A stretch of 62,670 nucleotides of DNA, from the NCBI RefSeq assembly GCF_002571385.2, contig NW_019217814.1, positions 490,368 to 553,037 of the forward strand. Reading direction: 5' to 3'. Both the position numbers and the translations under genes were made by a program. A model generated the notes under the pieces. It was not told where the DNA came from, did no database searches, and saw only the letters and a list, made by a program, of their open reading frames with translations. Positions 13,235 through 24,600 of this stretch are shown here, in pieces; position 1 is the first letter of the stretch; the number at the start of each line of letters is the position of its first letter. This DNA comes from Stylophora pistillata. Taxonomy: Eukaryota.

Positions 13235-14578
13235 ATGTCACGCATTGCATTCTTGGAACAGTATTCTCCTGTGGCGAGCAAATCGATTAACAACTCTTCG
13301 AGCCTCAATGAAACTAAAGAAGGAACGCCAAATTTAAGTACAGCTGAGAGAAACTTAAAGGTCGTGTTCTACTGCTGCTTTTTTCTTCTCGGCTCTCTAG
13401 GAAATGCAATGGTCATTGTGGTATTAAAAGGAAAGCGAAAACGAACCATAAATGATTATTTCATTTTAAACTTGGCAGTAGCAGACTTAACTTTCTTGTG
13501 GCTTTCGCTTCCTTTCTATACGTACGAGCTTTTTCAGCCGTTTAACAAGAATTCATTGTACTGCAAATTGATTTGGCCAATGATGTCACTAACTCTGTCT
13601 GTCAGTATTTTCACCTTGTCTTCCATGGCAATCGAACGGTGTCGAGGGATCACAAATCCTTTGCAACCAAGAATCAAGCTGCAAGCCACATTAATTTGGA
13701 TTATTCTTATATGGATCTTCGCCTTCTCTACGATTGTTCCGTTAATGATCGTGGCGCGGCCGGAAGGTGTGTTCTGTGCCGAGAATTGGCTGAAAAACTA
13801 CTACCGTCAGACCTACACTGCAGTTCTCTTCGCTCTTCAATATGGCATCCCTTTGTTTGTAATCGTCATAGCCTACTTAAAAATCACTATTTGTCTAATC
13901 AAGTCTCGGTTGCCGATGCTAACGACAATCAACTCTAAAGGAGAGGTTATCAGGCACAAAACAAGAGGTGAAAATGTCCAGATAATCCGAACACTGGCTG
14001 TTATTGTAATTTTGTTCATGGCCTGCATGCTTCCAAATCAAATCGCCTGGTTGCTGTTTGACTTTGGCGGTGACTCGTACAAGGAACTGTCAGAGGCATT
14101 TTGGACCTGCGCAGAAGCGTTAATGTACTTACACGCATGTGTAAACTCAATTGTGTACGGTTCTCTTACTCGCCAGTTTCGTCGAGGATACATCCGATTC
14201 TTCCGCTACGTTTTTTGTTTCGGTAAAGCGAATGTTGATGACTCAACTGGTGTTTCTGAAAACCAAACACGAGACAGACATTCGCGACCAAAGCGAAAAG
14301 CTGGCGTACTTTATGGCTCTCTTAGATTCAGAAAATTCAGCGAAAATACTAAAACGACGCGCTTGATAGTGAATTCCTCTCCCATTATGTCCACAAGTGA
14401 AGAAAGTATCAACCGATCAGCGAGCCCATCGCCTGGCTCTTCCCCAGTCCCTGGTTCAGCTAGTATAGAGATGTTATTAAGGAGGACCCAGGCAAAGGAA
14501 ACTCTGTTGACATTGTCATTTACTAACCCGGGTATTGAAACGTCTGATGACGATGGTTGCCAAGAAACAAAACTGTAA
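13235..14578 (+). CDS. Rhodopsin-like (class A) GPCR, neuropeptide-receptor-like, 447 aa, intronless CDS
   Basis: Seven hydrophobic segments. TM1 GSLGN, TM2 LAVADL, TM3 Cys plus ERC (DRY position), TM4 W, TM5 YGIP, TM6 CMLP, TM7 NSIVY. N-terminal N-glycosylation sequons (NNS, NET, NLS). The first ATG is at 13235, whereas the ORF track starts at a GTG. Confidence 0.93.
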   Translation: MSRIAFLEQYSPVASKSINNSSSLNETKEGTPNLSTAERNLKVVFYCCFFLLGSLGNAMVIVVLKGKRKRTINDYFILNLAVADLTFLWLSLPFYTYELFQPFNKNSLYCKLIWPMMSLTLSVSIFTLSSMAIERCRGITNPLQPRIKLQATLIWIILIWIFAFSTIVPLMIVARPEGVFCAENWLKNYYRQTYTAVLFALQYGIPLFVIVIAYLKITICLIKSRLPMLTTINSKGEVIRHKTRGENVQIIRTLAVIVILFMACMLPNQIAWLLFDFGGDSYKELSEAFWTCAEALMYLHACVNSIVYGSLTRQFRRGYIRFFRYVFCFGKANVDDSTGVSENQTRDRHSRPKRKAGVLYGSLRFRKFSENTKTTRLIVNSSPIMSTSEESINRSASPSPGSSPVPGSASIEMLLRRTQAKETLLTLSFTNPGIETSDDDGCQETKL

Positions 14579-15516
14579 TCTATAGCTTAGACTACAAGTG
14601 AACTGCTCTCCCAGCAAAAGAAGCTATAAAATGCATTTATAACCGTCTTTCAAAAAAGCTTGAGATTTCGTTAAAGCAGCAAACCAAGTAGAGATTTCCT
14701 CATCCAGGGATGATTTCTTTGAATAGCTAGCAGGAGGAAACAGGAGTTATGCAACGCCTTGATTTCCTCGGAACGTAAATCGAGTGAGATCTGAGAGTTT
14801 CGATGGTCACCTTTCGTTTCATCAATGCTAGTACTAGATAAGAACACCACCGCTTTTGAAAAGGTTAAATATAAAGACAGTCGTTAGGGAATAGAAAATT
14901 TTTTTGTTCTCTCTTTTATCAGTCAAGGCCACTGAAAGACATCCTTGACGAGACTCTCTTTCCCCTAGGTCGTTTCAATTTCTTCCATGGATGTGCAACG
15001 ATAAACAACGAGAATCTTTAATCAAACTTGGAATCCCAGTATGTTTAACGGTCAGTGTTTCAAATTTTATTACAACCAAAATTATAGCGCTGCAGTTGTA
15101 CAAGGTATGATCGGATATCTAGGACATAAACGTCTCACCTTACAACAAAACCCTTAGGCTCAGATAAGTAGCACTCAGTGTTTGGTAATGTATGCTCCAA
15201 AGTTAAATTACGAACAATTACAATTTGTTTCACGACCATCTCAAAGTTTGAGTTCTCCTCAAGACTTCAAATCTTATAAATAAAACATTTCTTTAAAAAA
15301 AAAAAAAACGCCTTAAAGTACAAAAATATTCTGAATAAGTCTAGATCGGTGTTTTGTTTACTTATGCTGTCAGGTTATTACACTCCAAACAGTTACAGTT
15401 TTTACCAAAGGGACCTCAAAGTTCATATTCGCGTCAAGACTACAAAGTCACGAAAAACCGAAATTTTTAAATGAGTCCAGATCCCTCGTACTCCAACCAT
15501 TTTTTCAAATGACACT

Positions 15517-18500
15517 TTATTGGGTCTTAGGTTTTATGTCAAGGATACCACGCCAATATTCGGTCATGAACACCTGGTCAGGGTCATGCTGTTCTCGTAG
15601 CTTTAACCAATCATTCATCTTAGGGTAAACACTCTTCAGATAATCCGCATTGAATGTGGTGTTTCCACACTTTTGACCTGGCTTCGGAAGGTACTTGCCC
15701 CAGTGCAGGCGGGTTCCAGGGATATCCAGCAGAATATCCCAGAAATACGAGAAGAACATCCTGGCGTCGCCCAAGTTGTATGCCCACCAGTACGGATCGA
15801 CTCGCACCATGTCTGTTTGGTATGACATGCTCAGCCAGAATGGAGAGCTCTTGGCGCCATAGATCTCGGTGGCAAAGTTGTTGGCCGCTTTTTGATTCTC
15901 AGAGAACAGCTTTTGGAGTTTGTCCATCACAGTTTGACAATGGCCAATTGGAACCCAGATCTCTGTGAAGTCCACCCTGATGATGGTGTCCACATGGGCT
16001 TCGTTGTCCATGGGCAGAGCACGATACCAAATGTCGTAAAACTTAGTCGGTTTCCCTTTCAGGGGGACAAACGGACTCAACATCAAACCGATGAGGTCGT
16101 ATTCCAGCTCTGTTGGATCTTTCTTTTGCAGGATAAAATTGCAGACGGACAGGACGATGGCTGCCATACCTGCTGCTAATATGTTGGACAAGATGGAGTT
16201 GTATGGTACAAGATTTTTCTTTTTGAAGGATTGCTGACCAACCCACTCTTGGACACGCATTACCTCCTTTTGGGGAAACCAGTTCACTCGCATGTATTCG
16301 TTGTTTTCGAGACTTTGTTTGAGCTTGCTCTGCCCCTTCTCGTTTGGTCCAAGCATGGACTCAACAAACTTGTGGTTGGACTCTGACCCTTTTATATACT
16401 TCATCGGTGGAAGACGGAAAGTTACTCGAGTAATGACACCAAACAGTCCCATGGAAACACCTACCGCACACCAAAGGTCAGTTCCAGGTTTGGCCGTTTG
16501 AACTTGTGCATTGCCGTCCACGAACTCGATCTCTCGGATGACATCAGCAAAGCTATGCTCTAAGCTTCCGCCAGCAGAGCCAGTCAGGATAAAGCCACCA
16601 ATGGACTGCTGGATGATTCCTCCCAGCTCAGGAAAGCCATACCCATGGGCTGCCACCTGATAGCAAGCTGAATTCTGGAGGTTTGAATGAGGGTCCAAGG
16701 GATCTTTGCCAAGATAGCAGCCTCCTCCGATACGACAATACAACCATTTCTTACCTTCTTCTACGGTTGTTTTCAGTATTTCTACCTTTCGAAGGTCATT
16801 TCTCAACACCAGCGTGATACCATCCTTGGGGAAAATGGCCGCTTTTACGGAGTGTTCCGATCCGACGACACGAAGGACTTTCTTCTCCCTCTTGGCTCTT
16901 TTGACTGCATTGATAACGTCTTCAGTCGTTGAAACCGGGGTACGATCACATTCTATAGGCACAGTGGGACCTCCGGGGATTACCGAATGTTTTGCCTGTG
17001 CATCGTTCATAAGATGCTCTATCATTGGGTCCAGCAGGTAAGATCCAGAGGAGTGGTTGAAAAATGGAGCGACGACCTTACCAAAGAATGCTTTTGCCTC
17101 ACTAGCCCTATCAGCCTCTAAAGCTGAAGGAAAAAATGGAAAAAATTTCATGAGACTGTACTGCGTCATAGAACAGAAAACAATCATTAGTTGACTTATT
17201 TCTTTTCGAAATCGTATATCGGCTTTAAAATTTCCTCGTTTCTGAGTCAATGTCCAAATGAAGCTTCTTTAATTTAAACCTATATTACTTAAGTAGCCCT
17301 TATAGTAAATGAAATAGTTTAAATGTAAAAATTGTGCAAAAGCTAATTAGGGTGCCTTAAAATCTAAATGATTTTACGCGTTGATGGTCGAAATAGTGAT
17401 CATGAAAGGGTAATTCGTTCGCCTTATTTCTGGGATTGCCGTGGAAGATAGTGCTACTTCCTATAATGATTTTCAACAATAATGTCTTCTCGGGTGCGAC
17501 TGACGAGTAAAGTAGTTTCCTGCGAGCTCAACCATTTCCTATGACGCTTCGTTTGATTGCGCGATATTAGCACTATCTGTCGACCAATAGCAGTCAAAGG
17601 ATATATTACCGCACGCTTCATCAGTGGATTTAGAGTGGATAAGTAGTTTCCCTTTTTGACTGACACTTTTTTTTTTTTCTATAAAACGGAAAAATCATTT
17701 TACAACCCTGAGGCTACGTAACAATGACAAATGATAAAGTTGTTTTTTTAAGTATAAGCGCTTAGCTGTAGAATCATCGAGATAGATAAGCTAACCTTTG
17801 TTTAAATCTACTTTTCATCTTATTCATCGACAACTTTTCCCTTGTCTATATAAATAACATACGAATGACGAGATTTGCTTCATGTTGGTGATATAAGGGA
17901 AGGGTATTCCTAAAACCATTGCGGAAAATGCTAACCAAAGTAACATTACAACTAACAATTAATCAACAAGCATATTTGAATCGGTAGAATAAACAACCTA
18001 TTATACTGATTGTTTTTTTTCCCCTACGAACATGACATATATCTCTTAAACCATCTGCCCTTTAGGGCGTTAGACGCCAATATCAACGAAACCTTAAATG
18101 TATAATCACGTCCCCGTCGATTTCGAACTAATTTTCCATGGAATCTTTCTGTAAAGTGTGGCTGCACCTTAGGACGACTGTTAATAGCTATTCAACAAAA
18201 TTAGAATCAGGCATATGTGTGGGCTGTAATTGAAATAAAGCGTCATTTTAAAATGAACTAATGGTACGTTAACACCGGTAACCACAATTAACAATTACGA
18301 CTGAAAAGTCGATGAGTGTTTTTAGCAGGAGGAAAAGGATCTTATTATTTTACTTAAAAGATCACAATGAGGTCAACATCAAAGAGGAAAAAAGACACTT
18401 GACACCGAACAATAAATCATAGTAAACATACTTTTCAGTGAAAGCTAGAAGTGTTTTTAAAGTTTTGACTGAAAAGGGTTTACTTTCAATAACGAACCCA

Positions 18501-20005
18501 TAAACCCATAAACCAAAAAAAAAGTGCGAAACGCATTTGGACTTGGCCCAAACTAATTCATTAATCTAACAGACTCCAAATGTCCATAGTCCGATTAACA
18601 AAGCTAAACTTGGTACTATAACTAAAGTTGTTCAATCGCTAAGACTAATTTGCTGTAGAAATCATTAAGAACTTGATCCATTTCTACCCCGATAAACATA
18701 TGGTATGCAGAGTTTAAATCGGTTCAGTTTTACACAGATGCGTGACGATCGATATTGGTTTTCTGTGTCTTCAACTTTAAAAAGAAATGATTGCCAATAA
18801 CAACAATTTTGCTTGAGTCATAGCTCCACTTCAGAATTCAGATATACACCAAGGTTTTAGCCTCCCATTCTTTTGTAAATAAGACAATTAATTCTAAGCT
18901 ACGAAAAATGACACGAAAAAATACCCTCAGCCTGTGGAAGCAAACTCTGGGCATGTTAGAGCCGCAAAATTCATTGCATTACCAGGTCCGAAGTGTTTCA
19001 CCTTAAACTGTCACATGGTAAACCCAATTCAGATTTTGATGTTTACAAGATCAAAGCATGTTGCAGGATAAGTGGAATATCTGATATGAGCAAAATATGA
19101 GGTCAAATGGCCCCAAGCGGAACGCTTGCGGACGAATCTTCTTCATGCTAATCCCTTCTCTTAAACGAAGCCAACATCTGTTAAAAGTCTCCCTGGAATT
19201 GAAATGAATTGGCACTTCAATTCAATTCCGGTCTCTTACTAATTGAGAGCACCCCTTATTTTCTGGTTAAATTTCCAATCTAGATATTTCAAGCTCCAAA
19301 GGCTGAAATAGCGCTAATTGAAGTAGGTCATAGTGTGACACTTAATTCTTGCACGCAATCCCCTAATTTTTACTTCAAAACATAAAGCTTGCACACTTGA
19401 TATTTCCAAGTATGAGACCTTGATCGTTTCTCGTTTAAGGATCTTTCTTCCAACAATAGCGAATGGTCTGTTGAACGCGTTATGGAGCTGACCATAATGA
19501 CATGCTATCGCGTAACTCTTTCAGCGACGAGCGATGTTCACTGCAACGGTTTCTGTTTACATTCACTTTTCTTTTTTGCAATAACAAAAATTACTTCGGT
19601 CAGCCGATGTTCCTGCTACGACTCTATGGCGCATGAAGTAGTCAGGGTCTTTTAACGAAATGCAGGAAACAGTGAAACGACGAACTTTCTTGGGTCGTAA
19701 ATAAACCCTTGAATAAAGTACATGAAAAGTTCCGCCACTGAATCGATCGCGAAAGGTTACTTAGATCTGGATTGCTTATGGCTTAGTCATTCTTCTCACC
19801 TAGCTTAGCCAGGAAATTTGCCTCTGAAACGGCTTTAGAGCAGCTTTAATTACGACGATAAACTTTTCACGTGCCACACCAAATGCAGTTTTCCGGGAAT
19901 TGTATCTGTTGCGCGCACTATGTTTCCCAATAAAAGAGAATTTTTCACATTGCTATCGTGGAAAAAAAAATCCTTACCCGATTCATTATGATTGGCCTCA
20001 GCCAT
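15517..20005 (-). CDS. FAD-linked oxidase, VAO/PCMH fold, L-gulonolactone / D-arabinono-1,4-lactone oxidase-like; exons 20005-19978 (inferred) and 17123-15517
   Basis: LRVVGSEHS (GxxHS covalent-FAD His motif), SIGGFILTGSAG, VSMGLFGVITRVTF, and C-terminal RLHWGK and DPDQVF. There is a phase-1 acceptor ttccttcag at 17124. A matching phase-1 first exon, ATG GCT GAG GCC AAT CAT AAT GAA TCG G/gtaagg, lies at 20005-19978 and is less certain than exon 2. Confidence 0.85.
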
Positions 20006-20527
20006 TATCGTCTTTAGTGTACTTTTCTTGCGATGATACGAATTCAAACCAAGCTTGAGATCAACACGTGCAGTATAAGCAGCAAAGGGCTCTTAATTCT
20101 ACACACCCAGCGCAAAACCTCACAATTTTCACAACTGTCATACTGTCATTGGCTGTTTTCGAAACAATAACCTTGCATTTCAACAGCAAGTTGTTTAATC
20201 CAAATGCGAAAGCGGAAGTATCAGGGAATGCAACGTATTAAGCAGCAATGATTGACAGGTCAAGATGGGATTCGCGGCCGACAGGGAACGCGAGATGTTA
20301 ATTTTCCATCTTAACTTAAAAGCTCAAACAGAATTAAAACCATCTCACTCCCGGGCGTGACCAAATAATTATTAATAAGTGACCTCTTCAACATTTGAAA
20401 TAAATATGATTTTCAATCCTAATAACTTGACTGGAAAAATGTAATAAATTTCTTCGCTCAAGGAAGGGATACGATCTCTAACAAAACCGATTCGCGTCAC
20501 TGTTATTACTTTGGAAATTACACCAAA

Positions 20528-20974
20528 GGGGGCCCACACAAGCGGCCCACACAAGCGGCGTGTCTGGTCGTTTGTTCGAAATATAAAGAAATGTATGGGA
20601 GAATATTGAAGAGTCGTAATATCGTAAACTTATATCAAGGAATGTCTATTTTAAGGCTCAAAATAAATGTAAAACCTACCTCACTTGCTGTGTATTGTCG
20701 TTTCTGGGGTTCTAAATGGCGAATTAATGAGCGATTTGGTAGATTTTGCGTTGAGCGTTACTTTACTGCAAAATCTACCAAATCGCTCAAATTCGCCATT
20801 TAGAATCACAGAAACGACAATACACAGCAAGTGAGGTAGGTTTACATTTATTTTCAGCCTTAACATAGACATTCCTTGATATAAGTCTACGATATTACGA
20901 CTTTTCAATATTCTCCCATACATTTCTTTATATTTCGAACCAACGACCAGACACGCCGCTTGTATGGGCCCCCT
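20528..20974. mobile_element. Foldback (MITE-like) element: about 445-bp near-perfect palindrome
   Basis: The left arm gggggcccacacaagcggcgtgtctggtcg...ggtagattttgc pairs with the right arm gcaaaatctacc...cgaccagacacgccgcttgtatgggccccc. The central loop is under 20 nt, at about 20750-20767. Confidence 0.85.
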
Positions 20975-21015
20975 GTGATTGCACAATCCTTTAATTGATG
21001 TCTCTACTGAGACAA

Positions 21016-21235
21016 TTCAACCTTTTGCACCCTAACATCAGTATGAATATTCTTCATACTGTTCTCTATACATTTCCTAAGGTGCTGACAAGGAGAAATT
21101 GTTTGACAATCAAGAGCTTTTTTTTTAAGTTGATGATCATTATTTTCTTGCACTCTCATGAATCTTATATTTGACCCAAGGCTGATAATATAGGTAGAAA
21201 TTAGAGACCAGTCCCTCTCGCTGGTCAAAGGGTAA
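21016..21235. mobile_element. piggyBac-like MITE family (TTAA-CCCT...AGGG-TTAA ends), multiple copies
   Basis: Shared caccctaacatcagtatg...ctgacaaggagaatttgtttaacaatc body. Related copies lie at about 28552-28706, 35890-36095, 37850-38040, 38858-39063, 43064-43269, 44535-44690 and 45245-45410. Confidence 0.65.
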
Positions 21236-21679
21236 ATGAAAGTCTTTTACCTTTCCTTTGGTGAAACTTTTGTTTTTGTCTTCAAAAGACAAAACCTATC
21301 ATTTTCTATGAATAATTCCATTCATTCATTGAATTATACTCGAGCAATGCCGAGTGATTCCTACATTCTATAGATCCTAATAATGTTTTTTTTTCTTTTT
21401 GCTGAAGCCTATAAATGACAATTCCATTCTACTTTCTAAACAAAATCTTTTCAGCATGCACTTTTGAATCCATCAGTTCTGCACTGAAGACATATGGGAA
21501 CCCTCGAAAACCAAATTGTCAATCTTTATGCTTATCGACAAGTATTACTTGTAATTACCTAGACTTGGCAGAAAAGCACTTATCCTAATTTAGCTGCATA
21601 TGGATGCCATATGTTAACAGGATAATTAACTCTGCTTCAGAAATGATCCCACTTCTGATGAATGACTGGCTTTGGGGAC

Positions 21680-24600
21680 TCAAACAAACATCTCCTGCCA
21701 GCTCTCTGTGGCTGCTTCTCCAGAACTTGACCTTGCTACATTGCAGTCATTAGCTGAATATTTACTTTGCAGCAGCAACCACTGTTTATAATTTGATGCA
21801 CATCTCCTCTGTACCTCACTCTGGCATCTAGTAATTACATCATTACAAAACCTCAACTCAGAGGGGGTGGACAGAGGCACAAATCTGTCATTTGTCAACT
21901 CTTTAGTAACTGAGGTCCATGAATTAAAGCCAAATTTCAGCTCTCTTAACAAGTTGAACGAGGCACTTGCTAAATCAAATAGTGAAGGAATAGTTGATGA
22001 GGGAGATCTTGATGTTCTGTTACAATTTTCTGAGGAATTGTCATCACCAATCTTCAAAGAACCTGATACCTCTTGCAGTGTGCCCAAAGAGGTGCCAGCA
22101 GTACAGAACTGATTCCAAAAATAATATACAAATCTCCTGAAAAATGAACAAAGCCATGTTACAGTCATGCCAAATTTGATATTTAACAGACATCGGCAGA
22201 GTTACCCCTGAGTATGGAAAACCAATTACATTTGACTTGTTCTATAGTCATAGCAGATTAGGTTAGAGAATAACATTGTCAGACTGGACCAAAAAAAAAA
22301 AAGACAAAAAAAAAACAAAAAGCAAGTATTATAGTAAAACCAACCCTCCCAAAAATGTAATAATTATCATTACAAGCATTAAAAAGCAGGGCCCAGTTTT
22401 TCAAATGGTGGATAACAATAGCCAACAGATAAATCGCTATCCAGTGGGTAGGTGTTAACAAAAAGTTCTGCTCTATCTACCAGAAAGAGATTTCTCCAGT
22501 TGATAGTTTTATCCATCTTTCCAACAACCAGGACCAAAAGTTAAGAAAGGAGCTAATGAAGAAAGGCAACACTAATATAGGAAAAGAGAAATTTTTTTTT
22601 CAATTTATTTGTCAGAGAGCACCTTACAGCACTGTCACCAGTGAGAGTTTTTCTTTTCCCTTGAGATAGAAAATGATTTAAGATAATACTCTTGCCATCT
22701 GAACTTCCCTCTTAGCCTGAATCTCACAAGAGCTGAATGATGTCAGTTAGTATTTTTAGAGAGATTATAAGAGTGAATTTCTATTTAGGCTTATTATTTG
22801 TACCTGTGATACCAAACAACCTCATGCCCTGGGAAGGTCAAAATAAGATCACTGGTAAATTCCAACTCTGATAGCAGCAAATGAATAACTTCACTGTTTG
22901 AACTGCAGAAAATAAAATGACATCTGTTGACAAGATAGCATGGAATGTTTTCAATTACCTTTGACAAATACCTTGAAAATAGTGTTCATAATTGACTACA
23001 AAATAACTGAACAATTAACTTAAGGGAAACAAAAAAATTATACTACTGGGACATACCTGTAGTAAAAACCATTGGAAATAAGTAATTTTTTAAAATTTTC
23101 CATCATGAATCACTCTAATTTATGACAATCATTCAAATACAGTCTTTTCATCAGATATTACAACTGCTTACTTACCATACATTCTTGAGATATTTCAGTA
23201 ACACTTGTTTATGATGGAAGCCACAATTGTCAGATATATGCCTTTCTGTCCACTTTCTCATAACTTGAAGTTCACAAAACAATCTCTTCAAAGACAAAAT
23301 TGCACAAAAAAGGCAAAATTAATATCCATCTCCTAAATCAGTATATGAAGCCCAGATCAACTGCTGTTTTGTTTTGGTAAATCCCCTCACATCCCTGATC
23401 TTTAATGACTGTTTTAGCTAAGACTACCAAATGACAAAGCACACTTAAAAAAATACAATAGTCAATTAATATACAATCTATACTGTAATTATAGGAAATA
23501 CTAATTTTTTTAGACTAAAAAACTTACTTTTTTCATGTCTTTCATGAATCTCTCCACCAGCCATGATCTGTGACTCCATGCAGTGTAGTTATCAGCATAA
23601 CTCTCAGCAGCTCGTAGGGAGATGGCAAGTTCACTTCTCAAACAACAATGAACAAATTCATTCTGGCCTTTATGTTTTTCAAGTTGTCCTATTGTCCACC
23701 TCCTTGGGGGATTCAGAAACATTGTCATGATGTCATGTTTCTTGTGTGTGCCGGCACAATTTGAAAACATTTCACACTCAAAGCTTTCACAATACCCACA
23801 AAGTTATTTCAAGTACAAGTAACAAAATAATGTCGGGGTCAAATTGCCAAATATATATTTGGGACTTACCTATCTCTTCCCCCTTGAGCCCAAGAAAACA
23901 GAAAAAAAAAAGGTCTTAATTGTCATGAGCTAGACCACCTGGTCGAGGTAGCTCATGTTTAGATGAGAGAATGTAAAAGTGAAAAAAGTTCTCTATTGCT
24001 TAATCATAAATTATCAATATCACTTCTGTGGTACCTGTGAGCAAATGTCTCAGCACTCCTCGGGTGTTTTGAAAGAACAAGAGCTGAAAACTTGATGTCA
24101 TCTTCCAGACTTAAAATTCCTGCAGATATCAGTTCCTTTCTGGTTAAAGTAAAGAGAATTCGGTATCAGATCAAACAGAATCGTGCAATGGAGAGAAATT
24201 CCTCTAAGGCCTGTCCTGAGAGTAAAATGGTAAACAATCAAGAGGGCCTGGTCTAAGCTCTCCACCAGGATAATTGTGTTGTGTTTTTGGGAAAGACATG
24301 TAGCTTTCCCCTCTCTACCCAGGAGTGCAAGTACAGCTGTAGGTATCAACAGAATGTATGACAAACCTGATAACTTACTGGAGCGGGTAACTTTAGCACT
24401 CTATCTAAATCAGGGTAGGGTTAAGTCTTAATACATACATACATACATACATACATACATACATACTTAATTGACTTTCCCCAAAGGAGGCTTTTCAAAG
24501 ACAATATACAAGAGTTACTAATCACAAATAAGAATAACAATGACTGAAATACGATCCTAAGACTCATAACATCTGCTAAGGTTCTAAAAATTATAAAAAT

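Noticed and set aside
17124-17250. N-terminal extension of the 577-aa oxidase ORF
   Set aside because: It starts at TTG and runs through a polypyrimidine tract and acceptor. Homology with the pseudogene copy stops exactly at the acceptor, so it is intronic.
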